Origin: Bdellovibrio sp.
GTDB taxonomy: Bacteria > Bdellovibrionota > Bdellovibrionia > Bdellovibrionales > Bdellovibrionaceae
Direction: 5' to 3'
NCBI GenBank assembly: GCA_014376435.1
Contig: JACMRL010000022.1
Span: forward strand, 44,634 to 108,633
DNA length: 64,000 nucleotides
Of this stretch, positions 42,886-51,879 are shown piece by piece. How positions within the stretch are numbered: the stretch's first letter is position 1; each line of letters opens with the position of its first letter. Under the pieces are notes generated by a model. That model did not search any database, was not told the origin of the DNA, and was given only the letters and a program-made list of their open reading frames with translations. The translations under genes and the position numbers were made by a program.

Positions 42886-43404
42886 GTTATTTAAGAACTT
42901 TCATTTTGAAACACGAACTTCATGCAAAGCTTTATCTTTGCACGCGGTGGCGCTTGGGTTAGCGGCGATAAAAGCTAAATTTGGCATTGGGAACTTAGGC
43001 CATGCAACTTTGCCGACTAGACAACGATTAAAGCAAAATTTCCGTAGTTAGTGGTGCATTCTAGACAAGATGAAACGGTGGATTTAAAACAGGCCACAAA
43101 TTTTATGTCCCATCTACAGAAACAAAAAATATCTACAAAACTTTTAATTTTAAAAAAATTCAGTCACAAGTCTTTGCCAATTTCCTTGGTTCATTAGGAC
43201 TGTCGAACTTCTTACCAGCGACGGCGATTGTCTTATTGTAAATCGTTTGGTCGCCCTGAAGTCTTCTAATCAAGTTAAACCCGTTTTAAATTTGGAATGC
43301 TTCTGGCTACATAGATTCTTGATGGATCGTTTAGTTTGAAAAAAGGGTAATGAAGCTCGCAGACATCTGAACGATATCAATTTATCAAAAAAAAGAGGAG
43401 TAAA

Positions 43405-43935
43405 ATGAAATCAATTTTATTAGCAACAACGGTATTGTTTACAGGTTTTTTTGCGGTCGCTGCCGATCCTATGCAGGGTTTACCAGCGTCTGTCGCTCTG
43501 CTTCACAGCGCTCTTTACGGCGCTAATATTTGCAGTAAAGATCTTCCGGTGGGTTCCGAAATTTATGAATTAGGTAAAGGAAAAAAATTATATTTAGTTC
43601 CTTGTGTAATGGGTGCTTACCAAGGTTCAACAAATGCATTTATTACTGAAAACGATGACCAAATTGCTGTGCCATTGATGGTTCTAGCATTTGACGAAGT
43701 AATCAATGGAATCGCGCCTACTTTAGAATTAACCGAAGCATCGTATGATGAGAAAAAAATGTTACTTTATTCATCGGCGAAAGGTCGCGGTTTAGGCGAT
43801 TGCGGTCAAAGCTCAATTAGTAAAATTGAACTTTCTGAGTACGGAACTGTTGGTGTAAAAACAGTCGAAGTTAGATCTAAAAGTAAATGTGATGGAAAAC
43901 TTAGCGGATGGCCTATCGTGTTTAAACAAAAATAG
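43405..43935 (+). CDS. secreted hypothetical protein (possibly DUF1176-like)
   Basis: 176 aa. AGAGGAG RBS and a signal peptide. The segment LYLVPCVMGAYQGSTNAFI is vaguely DUF1176-like. A terminator follows. Confidence 0.4.
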   Translation: MKSILLATTVLFTGFFAVAADPMQGLPASVALLHSALYGANICSKDLPVGSEIYELGKGKKLYLVPCVMGAYQGSTNAFITENDDQIAVPLMVLAFDEVINGIAPTLELTEASYDEKKMLLYSSAKGRGLGDCGQSSISKIELSEYGTVGVKTVEVRSKSKCDGKLSGWPIVFKQK

Positions 43936-43968
43936 TTCCTTATTTTGATTACAAAAGAACCATATTGA

Positions 43969-44000
43969 CGAGGGGATAAGCAAAACCCTCGTTTTTTTTT
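43969..44000 (+). terminator. intrinsic terminator
   Basis: The stem CGAGGG (43969..43974) pairs with CCCTCG (43986..43991), followed by a T9 run (43992..44000). Confidence 0.6.
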
Positions 44001-44023
44001 GGAATATATGCTTTATTCATTGC

Positions 44024-45091
44024 ATGAAAACTCCCCCAATTTCGATCGTGAAATCTGTTAAATTTAAAGCTAAACCTGAAGCCACAACCTTGGGTTTTGG
44101 TAAGTATTTTACCGATCATATGTTCACCGCAAAATACTCGGTTGAAAAAGGTTGGCATCAAGCAGAAGTTGGACCCTATAAATCTTTTGAAATTGACCCG
44201 GGCGCAAGCGTTTTACATTACGGCCAAGCATTGTTTGAGGGAATGAAAGCATTTAAACAAGAAAATGAAAAAGTTGTTTTATTTAGACCTGAATTTAATT
44301 GGCATCGCATGGTGGCGGGGGCGGATCGTTTATGTATGGAAGCTCCACCCAAAGATTTATTTTTAAACGGAATTAAAGAGCTCGTAAAAATTGACCAAGA
44401 GTGGATTCCAGATCAGCCAGGTTCATTATATATTCGTCCAACCCTAGTGGGCACAGAAGCTTTTTTAGGCGTACGTCCGTCAAATGAAATGTTATTCTTC
44501 GCAATCTTATCACCGGTTTCCTCTTACTACGCTGAAGGTAGCGCGCCCGTAAATATTTGGGTCGAAACAAATTACCTTCGCGCCGCGCCCGGCGGATTAG
44601 GCGCAACGAAAGCCGCGGCAAACTATGCGGTCAGTTTAAAAGCGGCTCTGGATGCGAAGAAAAAAGGTTACTCACAAGTTCTGTGGCTTGATTTTTCGCG
44701 CGAATATATCGAAGAAGTCGGAACCATGAATGTGTTCTTCGTTTTTGAAAATGAAATTGTGACGCCTTCTTTAGATGGGACCATCTTGGGCGGAGGAGTA
44801 CGTCATAGCGTGATCCAACTTTTAAAATTATGGAATCTGCCAATCAGCGAGAGAAAACTAAAATTATCTGAGGTGTTAGAGGCTTCTAAAAACGGAAAAT
44901 TAAAAGAAGCTTTCGGAACCGGAACGGCTGCCGTGATCAGCCCAATCGGGGAACTTGCGACCGAGTCTTGGAAAATCAATTTAACCAACAACGGCCAGCA
45001 GGGTGAGCTATCTAAAAAAATCTACGACGAGTTAACCGGCGTTCAGTACGGTCGTCGTGAAGATAAATTAGGTTGGCTACAACCTCTTTAA
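44024..45091 (+). CDS. ilvE: branched-chain amino acid aminotransferase (class IV, long form)
   Basis: 355 aa. Contains HYGQALFEGMKAF, LYIRPTLVGTE, the PLP Lys context GATKAAANYA and EEVGTMNVFFV. Confidence 0.9.
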   Translation: MKTPPISIVKSVKFKAKPEATTLGFGKYFTDHMFTAKYSVEKGWHQAEVGPYKSFEIDPGASVLHYGQALFEGMKAFKQENEKVVLFRPEFNWHRMVAGADRLCMEAPPKDLFLNGIKELVKIDQEWIPDQPGSLYIRPTLVGTEAFLGVRPSNEMLFFAILSPVSSYYAEGSAPVNIWVETNYLRAAPGGLGATKAAANYAVSLKAALDAKKKGYSQVLWLDFSREYIEEVGTMNVFFVFENEIVTPSLDGTILGGGVRHSVIQLLKLWNLPISERKLKLSEVLEASKNGKLKEAFGTGTAAVISPIGELATESWKINLTNNGQQGELSKKIYDELTGVQYGRREDKLGWLQPL

Positions 45092-45157
45092 GGTTTGCCT
45101 AGAATACAGAAATCAGTTAAAAAGTTTCATAATTATAAAAAATACGTAGGAGTTAAC

Positions 45158-45616
45158 ATGAAATTAATCAGCATCGTCAGCGTACTTTTATTATCACTAC
45201 AAGTTTTTGCTTTAGAAGTTGGATCAGCAATTCCGGAACTAAAATTAAACGACCAGTTTGAAAAGCCAATTAAAGTTGCGGCTGACACAAAAGTTTTAAT
45301 TTTTGTCGCCGATAAAAAACCCTCAAAAACTTTGTCTGATTATCTGACTGAATCTAAATACGACTTAACGGCTAAAAAAGTTGTCTACATTTCAGATATT
45401 TCAAAAATGCCATCAATGATTTCAAGTATGTTCGCAAAACCTGCGATGAAGAAATATCACTATAATGTAGCTTTAGACGAGGCGGGCGATGAAACAAAGT
45501 CATGGCCCCGCCAAACTGACAAGGTAACGATTATGACTTTAAAAAATCAAAAAATTTCTCAAGTTCAATATTTACAAACAAAAGAAGAAATTGAAAAATT
45601 CTTTAAGGCGCTTTAA
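45158..45616 (+). CDS. secreted hypothetical protein
   Basis: ATG at 45158 after AGGAG gives the signal peptide MKLISIVSVLLLSLQVFA. The track's 45095 TTG start is unlikely. Confidence 0.5.
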   Translation: MKLISIVSVLLLSLQVFALEVGSAIPELKLNDQFEKPIKVAADTKVLIFVADKKPSKTLSDYLTESKYDLTAKKVVYISDISKMPSMISSMFAKPAMKKYHYNVALDEAGDETKSWPRQTDKVTIMTLKNQKISQVQYLQTKEEIEKFFKAL

Positions 45617-45920
45617 TCTCATCACAGTCGATTTCTCTGCAGCCTTCTGAGCGCTGCTTTGTATTTAAAGCCTTACCTTCGTCCATCATTCTTTGTTTGC
45701 ATTGATTGAAGGCTTCGTGATCAGCACTTCGTGGGTCGTAATATCTAGGATGATAAAGTTCGCACTGAGCCATCATTTCACCCCATCTTCCCTGAGCTTC
45801 ATATTTTTCGAGCGCGTGTTTTCCCATTAGTTCGTACGACGCGGAATCAGCGGCTTGTAAAAAATGGCCGTGAAAACTTAAAAATAAAATAAAAAATAAT
45901 TTTTTATTAATTACAACCAA
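45603..45920 (-). CDS. small secreted Cys-containing hypothetical protein
   Basis: 105 aa with a signal-like N-terminus and 4 Cys in the mature part. Confidence 0.4.
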   Translation of the reverse strand: MVVINKKLFFILFLSFHGHFLQAADSASYELMGKHALEKYEAQGRWGEMMAQCELYHPRYYDPRSADHEAFNQCKQRMMDEGKALNTKQRSEGCREIDCDEIKAP

Positions 45921-46101
45921 CGTTTGCTTCTTTGCAAATGTCTGCTTTTTGTTTGGCCTTAAATGATTTAGAATATTTGGACCGACACTCGGTGGTCATT
46001 TCGGCACTTTGGCATTTGAAAATAGGCTTGAGTGGAGTCCGCTTATCAGCTTGTGAAAATTGGGTAACTTGGCATAAAGAGGCAACTACGAATAACTTCA
46101 T
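45907..46101 (-). CDS. small secreted Cys-containing hypothetical protein
   Basis: 64 aa with signal peptide MKLFVVASLCQVTQFSQA and 4 Cys in the mature part. Confidence 0.35.
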   Translation of the reverse strand: MKLFVVASLCQVTQFSQADKRTPLKPIFKCQSAEMTTECRSKYSKSFKAKQKADICKEANVGCN

Positions 46102-46208
46102 ATAAAATCCCCCTATTTTAATTTTAGATAAGATTTATTTAAAAGCAATTTTTTTGGAACCGGATCTAAAATTGAGACATTTTTATGATCACTTAAATTT
46201 ATTATTGC

Positions 46209-46232
46209 ATTGTATATACATGTATATACAAT
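46209..46232. promoter_or_regulatory. 24-bp perfect palindrome, operator candidate for the NTase/RHH pair
   Basis: ATTGTATATACA|TGTATATACAAT ends 5 nt upstream of the ATG at 46238. Confidence 0.55.
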
Positions 46233-46237
46233 AGGGT

Positions 46238-46720
46238 ATGCTGCTTTATGAAATCGTAAATATTTTCGATGAAAAAAAAATTAATTACGCCTTGATTGGC
46301 GGGTATGCTCTCGCTTTACATGGTTTAGTTCGGGCAACCGTTGATGTCGACTTAATTTTAAGTCTCAGGCTAAACGATTTTCAGCTTGCCGAGGCAGCGT
46401 TAGCTCAGATTGGACTAAAATCCAGGCTTCCAATCCGGGCAGAAGATGTTATTAAAATGCGGCAAGAGTATATTGAAAAACGTAATCTTTTGGCGTGGTC
46501 GTTTGTTGACTATAAAAAACCACACCGACAAGTTGATATCTTAATTACGCATGACCTTAGAAAAGTTAAAACCGAAATGATGACAGTTGGTGGTAAAAAG
46601 ATGAAGGTAATTACTTTAAAAGAGCTTCTAAAAATGAAATTAGAAGCCGGCCGGCCGCAAGACTTGCTCGATGCTGAAAACATCAAAGCTAAGCTATCCT
46701 TAGAGCGTAAAAATACATGA
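46238..46720 (+). CDS. minimal nucleotidyltransferase-fold protein (DUF2204/AbiEii-like)
   Basis: ALIGGYALALHGLVRATVDVDLIL fits hG[GS]-x13-DxD. The C-terminal ITLKELLKMKLEAGRPQDLLDAENI is typical of this NTase group. Confidence 0.55.
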   Translation: MLLYEIVNIFDEKKINYALIGGYALALHGLVRATVDVDLILSLRLNDFQLAEAALAQIGLKSRLPIRAEDVIKMRQEYIEKRNLLAWSFVDYKKPHRQVDILITHDLRKVKTEMMTVGGKKMKVITLKELLKMKLEAGRPQDLLDAENIKAKLSLERKNT

Positions 46721-46944
46721 AAAAATCAAAAAAAATAAAATCAATTTCACCGGAAGAAGCCATTCAGTTTTTAGAAGACATGCAGACACTCCAAAGTGAG
46801 ATCGATGAACCAACCGTATTAATCAGCTTGCGGGTCCCGCAAAATCTGTTGCGGGCTTTGAAGACAAAGTCCAAGTCGGAGGGAAAAAAATACCAATCTG
46901 TATTAATTCAGTTTTTGCGTAACGGGCTTCGTGACCGGCGTTAG
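46717..46944 (+). CDS. BrnA/CopG-like ribbon-helix-helix small protein
   Basis: 75 aa with an ATGA overlap with the NTase gene. ISLRVPQNLLRALKTKSKSEGKKYQSVLIQFLRNGL matches the BrnA-type RHH pattern. Confidence 0.5.
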   Translation: MKKSKKIKSISPEEAIQFLEDMQTLQSEIDEPTVLISLRVPQNLLRALKTKSKSEGKKYQSVLIQFLRNGLRDRR

Positions 46945-47064
46945 TTTGAAGTTGGTCAGTCAGTTTATCTGATAAGTTATATTATGTTACAGCGAGTTCT
47001 TACTTGAGCTAAGGCTTTGAAGGTCCAGTACCAATCTCGCTATAGTTTAGCTATTCTAGCCTTC

Positions 47065-49608
47065 ATGAAATCAGAAAAAATATCATTTCTTATTGGTGCA
47101 TTTGTTACCATTCTTATTAGTGCACTTTCTGCATACTATTTAAATGAGAAAGATAAACTTGATTTGTACCAAACAGATTCATCTGTTGTGCGCCAACTAG
47201 CTAATTTCAATAATCGTCTTAATGATCTTAAAATGACAACGTTAAGCCATCCATTGCCGAATTCACCGGTGGCCTTAGTTGCAATTGATGATGCCGCCAT
47301 CGAAGAATTCGGTCGCTGGCCATGGTCTCGCGAAACGATTCGTCAAATCACGGAAAAGGCGATCGAAAACCAGGCTAAATTGATGGCTTATGATATTATT
47401 TTTTCTGAAAAAGAATCTTACTCTGATGCTGATCAAAAATTTGCTGATTTTATCAGTCAGAATAAAGAACATATTATTTTAGGTACAACTTCATCAGACA
47501 ATATCGATCAGAAGCTAAAACCTTACCAAGATATTTGCGCGACCGAAGCATTTTACCGCACTGGCGGCCGCAGTTTAGTTCAATTAAATCTTTCGTTATC
47601 CGTGATTGATCCCAAACCTGATTGGCAAACAATGGATTGGAAGTCGGTATTTCATCCGATCTTTAATCAAGCCGAAAAAGACGCTGAAAACGAAGCTTTA
47701 ATTAAGTATAATAAAGTTTCTGCCGATCAATTATCTGATTCACAAAAAAATTATTTAAAAGTGCTTCAGGCCCGTAATATTAATAATTACTGCGCACGTT
47801 GGTTGACGCCCGATGATTCATTAACGGATCAGACTGTAAAACAAAATATTTTAAATCAAATTCAAACGGTGAGTGCGCTCCCCGTTCAACAATACCTTGG
47901 CTGGACCACTAATATTCCACAAATTCAAAGCGCCGCAGAGCTAACGGCTTCATTTAATACGAAACTTGATCCCGACGGAATTATCCGTAATTACCCGCTT
48001 TTATACCGAGCTGGTTTACAGACAGAAAATACCTTTATTCCCTCATTGGCTTTGCAGGCGTATTTAACCGGAATGAATTACCGAGCAGAACTTAAATTCG
48101 TCGATGGTGAAAAATCAAAGCGGATTGAATCATTTAAGATTTATGATTCCTTCAAAGAGCCCGAATTATTAATCGCCGATATTCCCGTTGATGCGATGGC
48201 GCGAATGAAAATTAATTACTACGGCCCGCAATATACTTTACCGACTTTTTCGGCACAGGAATTACTTTCTTCTTCTGATGAAATGAAAGTCGTCATAGCT
48301 GGAAAATTAGAAAACGTTAAGAAAGCCCTATTTTTAAAAGATCGAATATTAATTATGGGAGCTACGGCAATCGGGATTAATGATTTGCGAAATACGCCGT
48401 TTCAAAATGCTTATCCCGGCCCCGAAATTCACGTCACGGCTTTAACTAACTTGATGGAAAAAAACTTCGTACAAAACTGGGCTTATGAATTACAGTTTTT
48501 ACCTTGGATTATCTTAATTATCGGTTTAATCGCTTCCTTCATCTGGTCAAAGGCATCTGCTTTAACGGCCGTTACCTCATTTTTTGCTTCGATCATTTTA
48601 ACCATCGCGATTGATTTTTTAATCTACGCAAAATTACATCTGTTTGTGGCTAGCGTATTTATTTTAATCGCTTTATTTTTTAGTTTTCTCTGTATTTTAA
48701 TCTACAAATATTTTTCGGAAGAGCGTAAAAAATTAGAGATTCGAAAAGCATTTTCTAAATACGTTTCACCCAAAGTTGTCGATGAATTAATGAAGTCTGA
48801 AAAAAACCTAGAACTAGGTGGTAAAAAAGAAAACTTAACCGCGTTCTTTTCAGATTTACGTGGTTTTACAACTTTATCTGAAAAATTAGATCCGCAGCAG
48901 TTAGTGTTTTTACTGAATAAGTATCTAACCATCATGACAAAAGAAGTTTTTAAAGCCGAAGGAACGATTGATAAATACATGGGTGATGCAATTATGGCTT
49001 TCTTTGGTGCTCCCCTTGCGCAAAAAGATCACGCTGAAAACGCCTGCTTGTGCGCGCTTGAATCAATGAAAAGGCTTCGCGAATTACAAATCGAATTTGA
49101 AGCAAAAGGTTATCCAAAATTAGATATCGGAATTGGTATTAACAGCGGTGATATGAGCGTCGGTAATATGGGTTCCGAAACGATCCAGAACTACACCGTA
49201 ATGGGCGATGCGGTAAATTTAGCTTCGCGTTTAGAATCGATTAATAAAGAATACGGAACTCATATTATCATGGGCGAAGAAACTTATAAAAAAGTAAATC
49301 ATCGTTTTTTATGCCGTGAAGTTGATTTAGTGCGGGTTAAAGGAAAATTGCAACCGGTCCGAATTTATGAATTGATTAGTGAAAGATCAGAAGCCGCCGT
49401 ATTTCAAGCTTGGTATGACCAATACAGTTTAGCTTATCGGGCCTATCAAAATAGAAATTTCGCTGAAGCTTTGGTAGAGTTTAAAAAAGCCCAAGTCTTA
49501 GCTGCTACAGATACAGTTAGCGAGATTTATATTGAACGAAGCGAAGATTATCTGCAAGAGCCACCGTCCGCTGACTGGGACGGCGTGTACACGATGAAAA
49601 CGAAGTAG
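47065..49608 (+). CDS. CHASE2 sensor-domain class III adenylate/guanylate cyclase
   Basis: N-terminal TM helix, a periplasmic CHASE2-like region (VALVAIDDAAIEEFGRWPWSR), 3 TM helices, and cyclase motifs FFSDLRGFT, KYMGDAIMAFFGAP and TVMGDAVNLASRLES. ATG at 47065 is preferred over TTG at 47017. Confidence 0.8.
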   Translation: MKSEKISFLIGAFVTILISALSAYYLNEKDKLDLYQTDSSVVRQLANFNNRLNDLKMTTLSHPLPNSPVALVAIDDAAIEEFGRWPWSRETIRQITEKAIENQAKLMAYDIIFSEKESYSDADQKFADFISQNKEHIILGTTSSDNIDQKLKPYQDICATEAFYRTGGRSLVQLNLSLSVIDPKPDWQTMDWKSVFHPIFNQAEKDAENEALIKYNKVSADQLSDSQKNYLKVLQARNINNYCARWLTPDDSLTDQTVKQNILNQIQTVSALPVQQYLGWTTNIPQIQSAAELTASFNTKLDPDGIIRNYPLLYRAGLQTENTFIPSLALQAYLTGMNYRAELKFVDGEKSKRIESFKIYDSFKEPELLIADIPVDAMARMKINYYGPQYTLPTFSAQELLSSSDEMKVVIAGKLENVKKALFLKDRILIMGATAIGINDLRNTPFQNAYPGPEIHVTALTNLMEKNFVQNWAYELQFLPWIILIIGLIASFIWSKASALTAVTSFFASIILTIAIDFLIYAKLHLFVASVFILIALFFSFLCILIYKYFSEERKKLEIRKAFSKYVSPKVVDELMKSEKNLELGGKKENLTAFFSDLRGFTTLSEKLDPQQLVFLLNKYLTIMTKEVFKAEGTIDKYMGDAIMAFFGAPLAQKDHAENACLCALESMKRLRELQIEFEAKGYPKLDIGIGINSGDMSVGNMGSETIQNYTVMGDAVNLASRLESINKEYGTHIIMGEETYKKVNHRFLCREVDLVRVKGKLQPVRIYELISERSEAAVFQAWYDQYSLAYRAYQNRNFAEALVEFKKAQVLAATDTVSEIYIERSEDYLQEPPSADWDGVYTMKTK

Positions 49609-49617
49609 ATTAGCAAG

Positions 49618-50001
49618 CTAGTCGCGGATCCATTTCTTAAAGCCCAACTTCAAAGCTGGCTCTAGGTCTTTATCCGCAATTTCAAATACATTATTTTGTC
49701 CGGTCGGATGACCGCATAATTGAATACGCATTAAACCGTCGTTTTTGTTTTCTGCCGAAAATACTTCGATGCCTCCGCTAAATTCTTTTTTCATCGCGTT
49801 CGGGTCGATTTTTGTACCCATTCCACATTGTAAAGAGCCGTCCGGTTTAAATACGAATACACGCTTGGTTAAATCTTTGTTGCTAGAGTCTGGTTTTTCA
49901 TTTCCGGTCATGACCATTTCCGTTCTGTCCTCAATTTTACAAGGCTTGTTCGAGCAACTCATGATGAAAATCGATAAAATTACACATATTAATAAACGCA
50001 T
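49618..50001 (-). CDS. lipoprotein, hypothetical
   Basis: 127 aa with lipobox FIMSC. Confidence 0.5.
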   Translation of the reverse strand: MRLLICVILSIFIMSCSNKPCKIEDRTEMVMTGNEKPDSSNKDLTKRVFVFKPDGSLQCGMGTKIDPNAMKKEFSGGIEVFSAENKNDGLMRIQLCGHPTGQNNVFEIADKDLEPALKLGFKKWIRD

Positions 50002-50011
50002 TTAAAATCCT

Positions 50012-51166
50012 TTATCTAAGGTAGTAAACTGAAGACTTCGTGTCGAACTGGGCTTTTACGCCGTAAACATTTCCTTCACCCGAAATAAAATAAACGATCG
50101 TTTTGTCATTTGAAATACTTGGTTTTGAAAATACGCCACGTCCAGGTTCAAATGAACCTTTCACTTCGCCGCTTAAGCTATCGAAAAACATCAGTTTTCC
50201 TTGCGATTCGCCGGTGACTAATAGGCCCTTCATTAGTCCTGGATCAATAAAAAGACCACTTTGAGTTTTTGTTTTCCAAACCACGGTGCCTTCGCGCTTT
50301 AAAAGCACCGCTAGATCTCCGCCCGAAGAAGTCGTGGCAATTTTATCTGAAAAAATAAGCGGTGTACTTGATCCACCAAAAGGGCTTTTCCAAATGATTT
50401 CTCCCTTATCTTTCGATATGCAGTACAGCTGATCGTCATAGCTATTTACGTAGATAAAGTCGCCGTCGACGATCGGACTTGAATCAATGTCTTTAAAACG
50501 GGTATTACGATTTAGCGTAATTTCCCATTGCGGTGTCCCCGTCTTTGAGTTGATGGATACAATCGATCCATCGCTGAATCCGACATAGATCATGCCATTT
50601 GAAAATGCCGGGCGCGAACCGCCACGAATTGTCATCAAATTTGAAGTATCTTGTCGATTGTATGTCCAAAGTTGTTTTCCGCTGACGGCATCCAAGGCAA
50701 ATACCGATTGGCTACCCGATAAAAAGTATAGAACACCTTCGTGTAGCAAAGGTTCTGCGACCAATTCAGATTTTGTATCAAAACTCCAAACCACGGATCC
50801 CTTGCCTAAATCAATCGAATACATACGGCCATTATTGCTACCGACAAATAAGCGATCACGAATTTGGGTACCGCTAGATTCAACGCCGTAAGGAATATCA
50901 ATGCGCCAAGTTTCGTTTTTAGTTTGAATATCGTAAGAGACCAAACCGTCTAGCGCATTTCCGACCACGATTTGATCGCGGTATAAAATTGGCGACATAC
51001 GGTTAATTTTTCGAAAACCCACATTAGGTCTAGACAATGTATCTTGTGACCAAAAAGGCGTAACGACAAAATTTTGATTCTTCGCCGTTTTTTTCTCTGA
51101 CATGGAAGTGCAGCCACCCAAAAATCCTACAACTAAAATAAAAGTAATAAACTTTTGAGTGAACAT
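50012..51166 (-). CDS. bamB: outer membrane protein assembly factor BamB (PQQ-like beta-propeller lipoprotein)
   Basis: 384 aa with lipobox LGGC and repeated xxG+hhahDxxTGxxxW blades. It lies downstream of a YfgM-like TPR gene, as in other proteobacteria. Confidence 0.7.
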   Translation of the reverse strand: MFTQKFITFILVVGFLGGCTSMSEKKTAKNQNFVVTPFWSQDTLSRPNVGFRKINRMSPILYRDQIVVGNALDGLVSYDIQTKNETWRIDIPYGVESSGTQIRDRLFVGSNNGRMYSIDLGKGSVVWSFDTKSELVAEPLLHEGVLYFLSGSQSVFALDAVSGKQLWTYNRQDTSNLMTIRGGSRPAFSNGMIYVGFSDGSIVSINSKTGTPQWEITLNRNTRFKDIDSSPIVDGDFIYVNSYDDQLYCISKDKGEIIWKSPFGGSSTPLIFSDKIATTSSGGDLAVLLKREGTVVWKTKTQSGLFIDPGLMKGLLVTGESQGKLMFFDSLSGEVKGSFEPGRGVFSKPSISNDKTIVYFISGEGNVYGVKAQFDTKSSVYYLR

Positions 51167-51169
51167 AAA

Positions 51170-51856
51170 TTAAGTACCGCTAGCTTTCTTGAACTGAATT
51201 AAGCGTAAATATTTTTCAGCTTCTTTTGAAGTCGAAGAGGCTTCTAATGCATGATCCTGTTTTTGATTGGCTAAGTTCGTAAGAATTTCTTCCGCTTTTT
51301 TATTATCATTCATTTTTTGGTAACAAAGCGCCTGCTGAACCTTCACTTCATTATGTAAAAAACTAGCTTCTTTACGGTTAACAATTTTTTGCCATGTTTG
51401 AACGGCATCCGGGCAAAGATTTTTGTCCGCCTGCATATGACCAATTTGCTGTTGCACTAAGGTATTTACTAATCCGCTGTCGTTATTTTCAACTTTTTGC
51501 AAAGTTGTTAAAGCTAACTCAGGATTTTTTTCAGTTACTAAAATATCAGATAAGTATAAGGCCGACATTTGCGCGGCTTTCGATTTTGGATAATCTTGAA
51601 TCACTTTTTCAAAGCCTGCTTTAGCGGCCGTGTAATTTACCGAAGCTTCCTCTTTTTTGGCGCCAGTTTCGGGAACCGCTTTTTTATTTTTTAGTTCTAA
51701 ATAACTTTTTTCAGCCAAGAAATAGCTTTCTTGCGCTTTTTGCTCTTTATTGGTGTTTGAAATGGAAATGCCCGACGCGATTGCTCCGCCAACGATTAGA
51801 ACAACCAACAAGCCGGCAACTATTTTCCAATTTTTTTCTACTATAGATGAATTCAT
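51170..51856 (-). CDS. membrane-anchored TPR-like protein (YfgM-like)
   Basis: 228 aa with an N-terminal TM anchor and a helical-repeat body. The position upstream of bamB supports the call. Confidence 0.5.
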   Translation of the reverse strand: MNSSIVEKNWKIVAGLLVVLIVGGAIASGISISNTNKEQKAQESYFLAEKSYLELKNKKAVPETGAKKEEASVNYTAAKAGFEKVIQDYPKSKAAQMSALYLSDILVTEKNPELALTTLQKVENNDSGLVNTLVQQQIGHMQADKNLCPDAVQTWQKIVNRKEASFLHNEVKVQQALCYQKMNDNKKAEEILTNLANQKQDHALEASSTSKEAEKYLRLIQFKKASGT

Positions 51857-51879
51857 GTATTTCTCTTTCCTAGGTGTAG

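Noticed and set aside
45603-46101. The two small minus-strand ORFs as one frameshifted gene
   Set aside because: Each ORF has its own signal-peptide-like N-terminus, so two separate genes are more parsimonious than a pseudogene.
46211-46230. Tandem TGTATATACA x2 as a micro-repeat or CRISPR-like array
   Set aside because: There are only two contiguous copies with no spacers. They are simply the core of a 24-bp palindrome.
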